Assembly (NCBI GenBank): GCA_965200315.1
Contig: OZ241362.1
Span: 3,616,001 to 3,680,000, forward strand
Reading direction: 5' to 3'
From: Candidatus Latescibacterota bacterium
Lineage (GTDB): Bacteria > Latescibacterota > UBA2968 > UBA8231
DNA: 64,000 bases
A program made the translations under genes and the position numbers. Below are positions 34,986 to 44,127 of the stretch, in pieces (within the stretch, counting starts at the first letter, position 1; every line of letters begins with the position of its first letter). The notes below the pieces were generated by a model that saw nothing but the letters and a program-made list of their open reading frames with translations, had not been told where the DNA came from and made no database searches.

Positions 34986-36371
34986 ATGAAACCCATAGAC
35001 CCCCAAGCTCTGTCGGCACTGACCGCTCTCCTCGGCCCGCGTCTGAATGCGACATCTGAGGTGCGCCACGCCCACGCCGCCGACGCCTCCTACCACGCCC
35101 CGCAACCGCCGCAAGCCGTAGCCTTTCCCACAAGCGTGGAAGAAGTAGCCCAAATCGCCCGGATCTGCACCGCGCACCAAGTGCCGATCGTGCCCTTTGG
35201 CACTGGCACGGCCGTCGAAGGCGGTATTGTCGCAGTGCGCGGCGGCTTGTGCGTCAACCTCTCGCGCATGAACCACATCCTCCGCGTCAGCACCGCCGAC
35301 ATGGACGCCACCGTTGAAGCCGGCGTCACCCGCCAGCAACTCAACGAACACCTCCGAGCACAAGATACCGGCCTGCACTTCCCAGTCGATCCCGGTGCCG
35401 ACGCTTCCTTAGGCGGCATGGCCGCCACCCGCGCCTCGGGCAGCTCGGCAGTGGGCTATGGCACCATGCGCGACAACGTCTTGGGCCTCAAGGCCGTCTT
35501 TGCCGACGGCGCGATTGTCGAAGTGGGCGGACGAGCGCGCAAATCCTCGGCGGGCTACGACCTAACCGCCCTGCTCGTCGGCACCGAAGGCACCCTAGTC
35601 CTTATCACCGAAGTAACCCTGCGCCTAGCCAAGCTGCCAGCGGCCATCTCCGCAGCTGTCTGCCCTTTCGCCGACCTCGACACCGCCGTCGCCGCAGCCA
35701 TCGACGTCCTGAGCGCGGGGCTCCCGGTCGCACGGCTCGAATTGCTCGACGAAGTGCAAATGCAGGCCTGCAACCAATACGCAGGTCTTGATTACGAAGT
35801 GGCACCAACGCTCTTTTTTGAATTTCACGGCACGGAAAAGGGAGTCGTCGAACAAGCGGAAACCGCTGGCGAGTACGTAGCCCGGCGCGGCGGCGGTCCA
35901 TTCCGCTGGGCCACGGCCGAGGGCGAGCGCGACCGCTTGTGGCAGGCGCGCTACGATGCCTACTACGCCTCGCGTGCGCTCCGCCCCGGCTCAGTCGGCT
36001 ATGTAACCGATGTCTGCGTACCGATCACAGCCCTCGCCCGCTGCATCCACCAGACGAGAGCCGCGCTGGCCGACCTCGACTTTCCCGCGCCGCTCTTCGG
36101 CCACGTCGGCGACGGCAACTTCCACGTCGTCTGCCTCATCGAACCGGGCAACGCCTCAGAACTCGCGCAGGTTCAACGGCTAGGCGAGCAAATCGTCGAA
36201 TGGGCGCTCCAAGCCGGAGGAACCTGCACCGGCGAACACGGCATCGGCCTGGGCAAAATCGACGCGCTCGAAGCCGAGTGCGGTCCAGGCGTTGAGATCA
36301 TGCGCCGCATCAAAAAAGCACTCGACCCGGACAACTTGATGAACCCAAGCAAGGTTCTGAATGGCTTGTAG
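34986..36371 (+). CDS. FAD-linked oxidase (D-lactate dehydrogenase/GlcD family)
   Basis: FPVDPGADASLGGM, GYDL..L.VG.EGTL, GHVGDGNFH, TGEHGIG. Confidence 0.93.
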   Translation: MKPIDPQALSALTALLGPRLNATSEVRHAHAADASYHAPQPPQAVAFPTSVEEVAQIARICTAHQVPIVPFGTGTAVEGGIVAVRGGLCVNLSRMNHILRVSTADMDATVEAGVTRQQLNEHLRAQDTGLHFPVDPGADASLGGMAATRASGSSAVGYGTMRDNVLGLKAVFADGAIVEVGGRARKSSAGYDLTALLVGTEGTLVLITEVTLRLAKLPAAISAAVCPFADLDTAVAAAIDVLSAGLPVARLELLDEVQMQACNQYAGLDYEVAPTLFFEFHGTEKGVVEQAETAGEYVARRGGGPFRWATAEGERDRLWQARYDAYYASRALRPGSVGYVTDVCVPITALARCIHQTRAALADLDFPAPLFGHVGDGNFHVVCLIEPGNASELAQVQRLGEQIVEWALQAGGTCTGEHGIGLGKIDALEAECGPGVEIMRRIKKALDPDNLMNPSKVLNGL

Positions 36372-36380
36372 CCGCCAAAC

Positions 36381-36824
36381 ATGAGAGTTTATCTAGATAC
36401 TTGCAGCCTTCAGCACCCACTTGACGACAAATCGCCACTGCGCAATCGTCTTGAGGCCGAAGCAGTTTTGAGCATTCTCGACCTTGTTAGAGCCGGTCAC
36501 GTTGAAATTATGTCGTCTGATGTGCTCACTTTTGAAATTGTGCACAATCCGCACCCAGTGCGTCGGGCATTTGCCTTGGAAACTATTTTGGCTGCATCAA
36601 TCTGTGTTCAACACTCGAAAACTGTAACAAGGCGCACTAAAGAGCTATGCCAAACAGGGATTGAGGCTTTGGATAGTCTGCATCTTGTATCGGCTGAAGC
36701 TGGTGAGGCAGACTTTTCTGCACCTGCGACGATTCGCTTCTGCGGAAAGCAAAGTAAGCGGTCAAAGGTAAAATCAGAACTTGCGGAGGAAATAGAAAAA
36801 TGGCAGTCCCAGCTAGGCCATTAA
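36381..36824 (+). pseudogene. PIN-domain toxin with frameshifted 3' end
   Basis: VYLDTC, LDSLHL; adding one T at 36714-36717 restores ADFFCTCDDSLLRKAK. Confidence 0.7.
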
Positions 36825-36964
36825 GCGAAATTAACGAGCAGGCTATTAGGCTCTTAGTGCGGGAAATGGGGCCAGCAGATGCCGTGCGCTTCTGCGGCCA
36901 ATTCACAACGGGCTACGGCGACTACACTAAAGAGCGCAAGAGACAATTAAGAAAGATGCAATAA
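36800..36964 (+). CDS. Small antitoxin-like partner of the PIN gene (not in the ORF track)
   Basis: MAVPARPLSEINEQAIRLLVREMGPADAVRFCGQFTTGYGDYTKERKRQLRKMQ. Confidence 0.65.
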   Translation: MAVPARPLSEINEQAIRLLVREMGPADAVRFCGQFTTGYGDYTKERKRQLRKMQ

Positions 36965-37166
36965 TTTGCCGCTTTTCTTTTGTTAGATGGATCTAACAAA
37001 AAACAACCCATTCGGCATGACGACAAGGCAAGCGGTCAATCTCAGGAAGTCCAAGCTAAAAGTGGTGTTGCCGATGGGGTAAGGCTTGGGTGTGGCATGT
37101 TTATTGTCTTGTCCTTGATTATACTTGGACCTATAAGCTACTAGTGATAGTGAAAGGACTTGCAAA

Positions 37167-38381
37167 ATGAAAATCACCAACGTCGAATTCTTCCACCTCA
37201 ATCCGCGTCTCTGCGACCGCTATCAAGGTCACGAGGTCCGCTTGTCCGGCATCGATACCCAGACCGTCTTCCGCGTAACCCTCGACAACGGCGTCGTCGG
37301 CTACGGCGACGAACGCTGCCACACCTCGCTGTCCGAGGGACAGATCGCGGGCATGATCGACCAATCGCCGTTCAACTACGTCGCCGGTGCGCTCAGCACT
37401 GGCCTGATAGGCGCGCTGTACGATGCTATGGGCAAAGCCATCGAAGAGCCAGCGTACAAACTGATGGGCCAAAAGGTCCGCGACCGCGTACCCGTGGCGG
37501 CATGGACCCGACCCGCGGCCCCCGAGGACTTTGCCAGCGAAATCCAGCGCGCCGCCCAAGAGGGCTACACCATCTTCAAGATGCACTCGGCCGCACAGCA
37601 CGACGTGATCGAACAGACGTGCGCCGCCCAGGAAGTCGCGCCGGATGGCTTTAAGGTCCACTGGGACTTCAACCACAATCGGCCCGCTACAGCCGTGCTG
37701 CGCCTCGTCGATGAGCTGGAAAAATTTCCGGTCGTCGGCTTCTTGGAAGACCCGCTCTATCCCTACGACATCGAGGGCTGGCGCCTGTTGCGCTCCAAGA
37801 CGAGCCTGCCGCTCTTGATGCACGTGCCGCAGCTCGGGGGCGGCCCGGAGATTCAGCGGGATGTGGCCGATCTCTACATGATCGGCGAAATGGGCCTTGG
37901 CCACTCCATCCGCCGGGGCTTGGCAGCAGCGGCCGCCGGTCTTTCGACCGTGGTCCAGCTCACCGGCGGCACCCTGTGCAAGGCTATGGCTATGCACTTG
38001 GGCGCGGTCATTCCCAATGTCTCGCACTCGACCAACCTCGACGACCAATACGCCGAGGATGTGACCGGCGGCCGCCTCGAAGTCAGCGAGGGCAGCACGC
38101 CGGTGCCCGAAGGCCCGGGGCTGGGCGTGGAGGTCGATGAACAGATATTGGCAGAGCTAGCCGCACGGCCCAAGAGCGAACTGCCGCGCCACGTCGGTGT
38201 CTTGCACCTGCCCGGCGGCACTACGTACTACACCCCGAGCATCCCGGCGGTCGAGCGGCTGACCGGATTTGTCGAGGGCAATGTGCGCGGCGTGCGGAGC
38301 GAAGTCTGGAACGACGACGGGTCCGAGGAGTTCGCCCGGCTCTACGAACAAGTGCAAAAAGAAGGCCAAGCCAAGGCTTAG
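37167..38381 (+). CDS. Mandelate racemase/enolase superfamily enzyme
   Basis: ALYDAMGK, VRDRVPV, HWDFN, LEDP, PEGPGLGVEVDE. Confidence 0.88.
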   Translation: MKITNVEFFHLNPRLCDRYQGHEVRLSGIDTQTVFRVTLDNGVVGYGDERCHTSLSEGQIAGMIDQSPFNYVAGALSTGLIGALYDAMGKAIEEPAYKLMGQKVRDRVPVAAWTRPAAPEDFASEIQRAAQEGYTIFKMHSAAQHDVIEQTCAAQEVAPDGFKVHWDFNHNRPATAVLRLVDELEKFPVVGFLEDPLYPYDIEGWRLLRSKTSLPLLMHVPQLGGGPEIQRDVADLYMIGEMGLGHSIRRGLAAAAAGLSTVVQLTGGTLCKAMAMHLGAVIPNVSHSTNLDDQYAEDVTGGRLEVSEGSTPVPEGPGLGVEVDEQILAELAARPKSELPRHVGVLHLPGGTTYYTPSIPAVERLTGFVEGNVRGVRSEVWNDDGSEEFARLYEQVQKEGQAKA

Positions 38382-38394
38382 AAAGGATCACCTC

Positions 38395-39522
38395 ATGCTC
38401 GACCGACTCGCCTACATCCGCGACGCCCAGACCGGGCGCGCCTCGTCTTGGGACGAAACCGGCCGCAATAGCGACGCTTGGTGGATCGAACCCGGCGAGC
38501 GTGCAGTCCTCGCCGACATCAAAGGCCCCGGCCGCATCACTCACCTGTGGCTGACCCAATCCAACCACTACCGAGAGTGCTTGCTCAAGATCACTTGGGA
38601 CGACGCAGACCACCCCAGCGTGGTGTGCCCTTTGGGTGATTTCTTCGGCCTCGGCCACGGCATCGTCAACTCCTACCAGTCCCTGCTCTTTTCCGCTTCG
38701 ACGCGCAGCAACAATTGCTTTAACACCGGCTGTGCCCTCAATGCCTACGCGCAAATGCCCTTCCGCCAGCGAGCGGTCGTCGAGTTGGTCAACGAGAGCA
38801 GCGAACGGCACCGCCAGTACTTCTATGTGGATTACGAGGCCGGCGACGTACCGAGCGAGGCCGGGTATTTCCACGCAGAATTTCGCCGCGAAAACCCCTT
38901 TGGCGGCTGGGGCCACGAGATCCGCGTCAACTCGCCGGAGGCCAACATCGTCAACAAGGAACAAACGGCTTGGGCCAACAACTACGTCGTCTTGGAAACC
39001 CAAGGCCGCGGTCACTACATCGGCTGCAACATCAGCGTCACCAACTTCCAAGGCACTTGGTGGGGCGAGGGCGACGACATGATCTGGGTCGATGGCTACA
39101 AGTGGCCGCCCGAGCTGCACGGCACCGGCAGCGAAGATTATCTCAACCAAGCATGGGGCATGCAGGACAACGCCTTTTTGCGCAACGGCTCCTCCATCCA
39201 CGAAAACAACACCAACGGCTACCAAACTTCGTACGTCCACCACCTAGAAAACCCCGTCCATTTCCAGCGGGAAATCAAGGCCACCATCGAACACGGCCAT
39301 GGCAATCACCTCTGCAACGAGATGAGCAGCGTTGCCTACTGGTACGCAGCCGAACCCACCCGCGTAGCCGCCCCCCCCGCCGTCGCCCAGCGCATGCCCG
39401 TCCTCCGCGACGACCAAGGCCAGTGGTTGGGCGATCCAGAGAATCAAATCACCAGTCGGAAAATCCGTCCCAACGCAGAAATGGAGCAGATGAAAACGCA
39501 ATGGGCGGCCAGAAACCAGTAA
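38395..39522 (+). CDS. DUF2961 / GH172-like glycoside hydrolase
   Basis: GPGRITHLWLT, PLGDFFG, WWGEGDDMIWVDG, GTGSEDY, IEHGHGN, SSVAYWY. Confidence 0.88.
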   Translation: MLDRLAYIRDAQTGRASSWDETGRNSDAWWIEPGERAVLADIKGPGRITHLWLTQSNHYRECLLKITWDDADHPSVVCPLGDFFGLGHGIVNSYQSLLFSASTRSNNCFNTGCALNAYAQMPFRQRAVVELVNESSERHRQYFYVDYEAGDVPSEAGYFHAEFRRENPFGGWGHEIRVNSPEANIVNKEQTAWANNYVVLETQGRGHYIGCNISVTNFQGTWWGEGDDMIWVDGYKWPPELHGTGSEDYLNQAWGMQDNAFLRNGSSIHENNTNGYQTSYVHHLENPVHFQREIKATIEHGHGNHLCNEMSSVAYWYAAEPTRVAAPPAVAQRMPVLRDDQGQWLGDPENQITSRKIRPNAEMEQMKTQWAARNQ

Positions 39523-40166
39523 GTGCCACCCTAACAACCACGGCCAAAGTTCAGATCGTCCTCGACGTACTCCAGCGGCTCTATCCCAATCCCTCGGTGC
39601 CGCTCAAACGTCGAGACCCGTACACGCATCTGATTGCCGTGTTGCTCTCGGCGCAGTGTACGGATGTGCGCGTCAACCAAGTAACGCCCGCGCTCTTTGC
39701 CCGCGCCGCCCAGCCCGAGCGCATGGTCGAACTGGACGTGGACGAGATCGAGCAGATCATTCGCCCTTGCGGGCTAGCCCCGCGCAAGTCCAAGGCCATC
39801 TGGGAACTGTCGCACATTCTGCTCGCCGAACACGGCGGCCAAGTCCCGCCCGATCTGGCCGCACTCGAACGCCTGCCCGGAGTGGGGCACAAAACCGCGC
39901 AAGTCGTGCTCGCTCAGAACTTCGGTGTGCCGACCTTTCCCGTGGACACCCACATCCATCGGCTGATCTACCGTTGGGGGCTGTCCAACGGCAAGAGCGT
40001 CGAGCAAACGGAACGGGACTGCAAGCGCCTCTTTCCCCAAGAGTGCTGGAACGACCTACACCTGCAAATCATCTATTTTGGCCGCGAGCACTGCCCAGCG
40101 CGTGGGCATCAACCGACCGAGTGCCTGCTGTGCAGCAGGATAGGCCGCAAAAGCCTGTTCAAGTGA
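39501..40166 (+). CDS. nth: Endonuclease III (start approximate)
   Basis: LLSAQCTDVRVNQVT, LPGVGHKTA, FPVDTHIHR. Confidence 0.93.
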   Translation: MGGQKPVSATLTTTAKVQIVLDVLQRLYPNPSVPLKRRDPYTHLIAVLLSAQCTDVRVNQVTPALFARAAQPERMVELDVDEIEQIIRPCGLAPRKSKAIWELSHILLAEHGGQVPPDLAALERLPGVGHKTAQVVLAQNFGVPTFPVDTHIHRLIYRWGLSNGKSVEQTERDCKRLFPQECWNDLHLQIIYFGREHCPARGHQPTECLLCSRIGRKSLFK

Positions 40167-40329
40167 GGAAGTCATAGACCGGAGAAATTATCTATGCCTG
40201 AATCGAAGCGGGCAATGCCCAGCCTTTCCGCCAGCCTTGGAACCCCAAAAGCTACCGCGGCAACGTCATTCACCGAGTGCCAATCGTGGTCTCAGCGTCA
40301 ATGCAGACCAAACGCGAAAGGAACCAAAC

Positions 40330-41193
40330 ATGAGCGATAATCTGCGGCTGTTGTCCATCGGCGCACATCCAGCCGATATTTTTGATCAATCGGGCGGCAC
40401 CATGGCCCATCACGTTGCCCGCGGCGACTGGGTCGGCTGCGTGGTGCTGACCCACGGAGCGAGGGTCCACGACAAGGTTATTAGCGACGAGATGTTCCAC
40501 CGGGCAGAAGTCCCGCAAGCCGACCAACTAACGGCACTGATGGCCGAGCGCGCCGACGTCAAGGCCGACGAGGTGCGGCGAGCCTGTGCCCTGCTCGGCG
40601 TCGAGGAAATCCACTTTTTGGGGGCCGACGATGCGGTGTTGCGAGTTACCGAGGAGGCCGTGCGCCGCTTGGCGCGGCTAGTGCGCCAATTGCGGCCGGA
40701 TGTGGTGCTGACGCACTTTCCCAAGGAGGGCGACGGGCTGACCAACGCCCATGCTATATGCGGTCAAATCGTCCTTTACGCGCTCGCGCTGGCCAATGGG
40801 GTGGATCCCGGCGACAGCCGCCCGCCGCATCGAGTCGCCCAAGTTTTCTATTTTGGCACGGGGGCTGCGGCGGTTCCGCGTAGTGTGTGGGATTCGGAGG
40901 GCGGCTACTACAACGATGTCTTTATCGACATTACCGACGTGGTCACCAAGAAGCTGGCGGCGCTGGATTGCCTAGCAAGCCAAGGCTACGGCGGGGCGTA
41001 TGCGCGCAAGCGGATCGAGACCAGCGACGGGGCCTTTGGCGCCGCCGCCGGGTGCGCTTATGCCGAGGGCTTTATCAAAACCAACGCCGAGACCCATTAC
41101 TACCTGCCGCTGACCGAGCACGCGATAAAGAAAGCGCGGACATCAGATCACGAGCACATCGCCGAACAGTCGTTCAAGGTCCAAATCGATTGA
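40330..41193 (+). CDS. PIG-L/LmbE deacetylase-like protein
   Basis: IGAHPAD..D..GGT, RPDVVLTH, IDIT....KKLAAL, AEGF. Confidence 0.8.
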   Translation: MSDNLRLLSIGAHPADIFDQSGGTMAHHVARGDWVGCVVLTHGARVHDKVISDEMFHRAEVPQADQLTALMAERADVKADEVRRACALLGVEEIHFLGADDAVLRVTEEAVRRLARLVRQLRPDVVLTHFPKEGDGLTNAHAICGQIVLYALALANGVDPGDSRPPHRVAQVFYFGTGAAAVPRSVWDSEGGYYNDVFIDITDVVTKKLAALDCLASQGYGGAYARKRIETSDGAFGAAAGCAYAEGFIKTNAETHYYLPLTEHAIKKARTSDHEHIAEQSFKVQID

Positions 41194-41197
41194 TCTC

Positions 41198-41266
41198 CGT
41201 GGACATATTCCGAAAACGCGTCGATTTTTCGGTCTTTTTTAGACGTGTCCGCCGAATATGTCCACG
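41198..41266. repeat. Intergenic inverted repeat between convergent genes
   Basis: CGTGGACATATTC / GAATATGTCCACG, perfect 13 bp, with inner ACGCGTC/GACGTGT. Confidence 0.7.
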
Positions 41267-41311
41267 TCGTGGATACGTTGCCCACTCCGTAGGGGCTTCC
41301 TTGTGGGTGCC

Positions 41312-42502
41312 TTACTGCATCTCGGCTAGTCGCTCCGCCAAGGCCTCCTGCGTCGTCCCAATGTCGAGGGAACCAATATCCCGTCCATCCAAGCTGCTGG
41401 CTAATCCACTCGGATCGGTGGGCGTCGGCTTAGCCACTACACCCACATCGTCAAGCACCTCGTGAATTTTGTCGGCGCGAATGCCGAATCCGAGGGCCGC
41501 TTGTGAGATGCGCGCAGGTACGCCGCCTATGCTGAGAACCAGATTTTCAATACCCGCGTTGTTGATGGCCACCACCTGACCCGAAGCGTCGAAAATGGGG
41601 CTGCCGCTGGTGCCGCCGGACAGGTCGAGATTGTGCTGAACGATGTAGGTGTTGGCCACGGAGTACGGCTCATTTTGGAAGGACGGACGCAAGGCACTGA
41701 TCGTGCCATTCTTAAAGGTGGCAATCGGGAAAAGGGCGGACAGTTCGCCGCCTTGGAGTTCGCCGGGAAATCCCAACGTCGCTATCGGCGCACCGACTCT
41801 CAATCGACGAGCCTCTCTGCTCGTCGCCAAACGGGCGCGACGCCCAATGAAGCCTTCGGAGATGTGCAGCGTACCCACGTCGGGCGAACTCAGATCCTCG
41901 GGGTCCCATTGCGGATGCGACCAATAACCACCAATAAAGAAATAATTTCCTTGGTATGAGAGGCTGGTCGTCAGGTTTCTCACTACTATCCAATCGCTCG
42001 ATAGATCGGTTCCATACCTGTTGTTAAATGCCGCTACTTGGCCGTCCAATTCAATCAGTCCATCTATGATATGTCCATTGGTAACAAGCGTACCGCTTGC
42101 CACGGCAAAGCTCGTGCCGATGAATGTAATAGTCCAATCCTCTATGTTTTCGTTGTACACGCCGTGGAGCACGGCGTAAACGGAGTACTGCCGAGAATGG
42201 ACAATCCCGCTCCAATCCCCAATTTGACCTTCCAACTCCTCCACGCGCTCTTGAAGGTCCTCAAATTCCGACCGCGTAATACCCGTCTGGTTCAGCTTGG
42301 CGCGCACTTGGCCGATCTCCTCGGCGTTGGCGGACGTCACCGCGAGGGCGTCGAGCCGCGCCAGCAGGCGCATCCTATCCTCCTCTCGCTCGGCTTCAAC
42401 TTCGTCGAGCCGCTGCTCTAATTCGTCTACTCGCTCCGCGAGCGGATTATCCGCGCAGGCGAAAAAGGCCGCGCTTAGCAGGACGAACAGAAACAGATGC
42501 AT
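41312..42502 (-). CDS. Lipoprotein with coiled coil and trypsin-like serine protease domain
   Basis: FFAC lipobox; TNGH, PDVG, GGTSGSP triad motifs. Confidence 0.88.
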   Translation of the reverse strand: MHLFLFVLLSAAFFACADNPLAERVDELEQRLDEVEAEREEDRMRLLARLDALAVTSANAEEIGQVRAKLNQTGITRSEFEDLQERVEELEGQIGDWSGIVHSRQYSVYAVLHGVYNENIEDWTITFIGTSFAVASGTLVTNGHIIDGLIELDGQVAAFNNRYGTDLSSDWIVVRNLTTSLSYQGNYFFIGGYWSHPQWDPEDLSSPDVGTLHISEGFIGRRARLATSREARRLRVGAPIATLGFPGELQGGELSALFPIATFKNGTISALRPSFQNEPYSVANTYIVQHNLDLSGGTSGSPIFDASGQVVAINNAGIENLVLSIGGVPARISQAALGFGIRADKIHEVLDDVGVVAKPTPTDPSGLASSLDGRDIGSLDIGTTQEALAERLAEMQ

Positions 42503-42625
42503 GAAAAGCTCCTTTCGGGATTGGCGCATTGCTTGCGAACGTGCTTAAACGTAGTTTGGTCAACCGAATGTGCCGTGCAATAATGACCAATTCTATACCA
42601 TGCGGACAAATCAACTCCTCCCCAT

Positions 42626-42745
42626 TAGCAATGCGTACCTGACGTTATGCGGCCGGCCCTCATGGAATCACTCGGTCCTTTCAGCAGCGGTTTGCCAATC
42701 TCCGGCCGCGTTGCGTTGCGGGCGAGACGGCCGCGCACCCTAGCA
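42626..42745 (+). repeat. Dispersed repeat copy (TAGCAAT end plus REP-like motif)
   Basis: GCGGGCGAGACGGCCGCGCACCC at 42718-42740 matches 20696-20718 at 22 of 23 positions. Confidence 0.6.
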
Positions 42746-42803
42746 CCAAGGCCCTATACCCCTCTATGCACTCCGCTCTTTCACCCCCAATTCGCCATTC
42801 CCA

Positions 42804-44057
42804 ATGCCCTTAGCCTTTTCGCTCCTCCTCGCCCTTTCCTCCTGCAGCCCTGAGCCGCGCCAAGACGCGACCGTCACCCTCGAATTCTGGACCATTGCCC
42901 TCGGCGATGCCTTCGCCGACTACATCTTAGGCATGATCGCCGAGTACGAGCAGGCGCATCCCGGCGTACAAGTCAAATGGGTCGATGTCAGCGGCGGCGA
43001 GGTGGCCGAGAAGTTCCTCGCCGCCTTGGTCGGCGACGCGCCGCCAGACTTGGCCAATATCTATGATCTGCCCCGCTTTTTACAATACGACATCCTCGTC
43101 AACATGGACGAAGCGGTCGCCCCCGCCGAAAAGGCCAAACGGCTCGAAAATTTTTGGCGCGGCGTCGGTTACTTCCAAGGCAGCAACTACGCCATCCCTT
43201 GGTACGTCGGCGTCACCATGCTCTGGTACAACAAGGACCTTTTCGCCCGAGCCGGCCTCGACCCGGAGCGGCCGCCCGCCACCGTCGACGAGATGCTCGC
43301 CATGGGCCGCCAAATCCGCGAGCGCACCGGCAAATACGGCATCTCTTGGCGGCTGCATCCCTCACTGGTGGCTCCCCCTTGGGCCCTGTTGCGCCTAGAC
43401 GGATTCTGGCCGCTCTTCGTCCCCAACGCCCGCCGCACCCGCATCAATCACCCCGAAGCCAAGGCCATCTTGCAGCAGTGGATTGACGCCTATCAGCAAG
43501 GGATCGTGCCGCCCGAGGCCCTCGCCGCCTCCCACCGCGACGAGGTCAATTGGTTCATCGAGGGGCGCGCCGCCATGCTGCCCTTTTCCGGCGGGTGGAT
43601 CACCCGCTACTTCGACGACTCCTTTGCCAAAAAGGCGGTCCCAGCGCCCATGCCGCGCGGCCGCCTCGGCCAAGTGCCAGCCACCAGCCAAGTCTTGGTC
43701 GTGCCCAAAGCCTCGCCCCACGTAGAGCAAGCCGTTGACTTCGGGCTGTTTGTCACCAACGACGCCAACCAACTCGAATTCTGCCGCCGCGTCGCTATCT
43801 TGCCCTCGACTGTGGAAGCCGCCGCCGATCCCTACTTCCGCCGCCCACCCGCCACGCTGGCCGCCGCCGCCAACCAGCTTTCCGCGGCCGACATCGCTCA
43901 CTCCTTTGTCATGGCCCCGCCCGACGTCAAGGGCTGGAGCCGGATGGAGGACATCCTCCACGAGGAATTCGCCAAGGCCCTAGCCGGCCAGCAGAGCGCG
44001 GACGCGGCCCTCAGCCGCATCGAATCCAAGTGGAACCACCTAGCGCGCTTCCGTTGA
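42804..44057 (+). CDS. Sugar ABC transporter substrate-binding lipoprotein
   Basis: Lipobox-like LSSC; LEFWT, HPGVQVKW, YAIPWY....LWYNKDLF..AGLDP. Confidence 0.9.
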   Translation: MPLAFSLLLALSSCSPEPRQDATVTLEFWTIALGDAFADYILGMIAEYEQAHPGVQVKWVDVSGGEVAEKFLAALVGDAPPDLANIYDLPRFLQYDILVNMDEAVAPAEKAKRLENFWRGVGYFQGSNYAIPWYVGVTMLWYNKDLFARAGLDPERPPATVDEMLAMGRQIRERTGKYGISWRLHPSLVAPPWALLRLDGFWPLFVPNARRTRINHPEAKAILQQWIDAYQQGIVPPEALAASHRDEVNWFIEGRAAMLPFSGGWITRYFDDSFAKKAVPAPMPRGRLGQVPATSQVLVVPKASPHVEQAVDFGLFVTNDANQLEFCRRVAILPSTVEAAADPYFRRPPATLAAAANQLSAADIAHSFVMAPPDVKGWSRMEDILHEEFAKALAGQQSADAALSRIESKWNHLARFR

Positions 44058-44098
44058 GACCCAATCATGCACTTATTACCGAGGCGCCCAACCAATCC

Positions 44099-44123
44099 AA
44101 TTCCTAATTCCTAATTCGCAATT
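44099..44123 (+). repeat. Heptamer tandem repeat AATTC(C/G)(T/C)
   Basis: AATTCCT AATTCCT AATTCGC AATT; related to 62952-63019. Confidence 0.6.
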
Positions 44124-44127
44124 GACC

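Noticed and set aside
38970-39500. N-terminal extension of nth in the ORF track
   Set aside because: Overlaps the DUF2961 gene in another frame; Nth similarity starts near 39520
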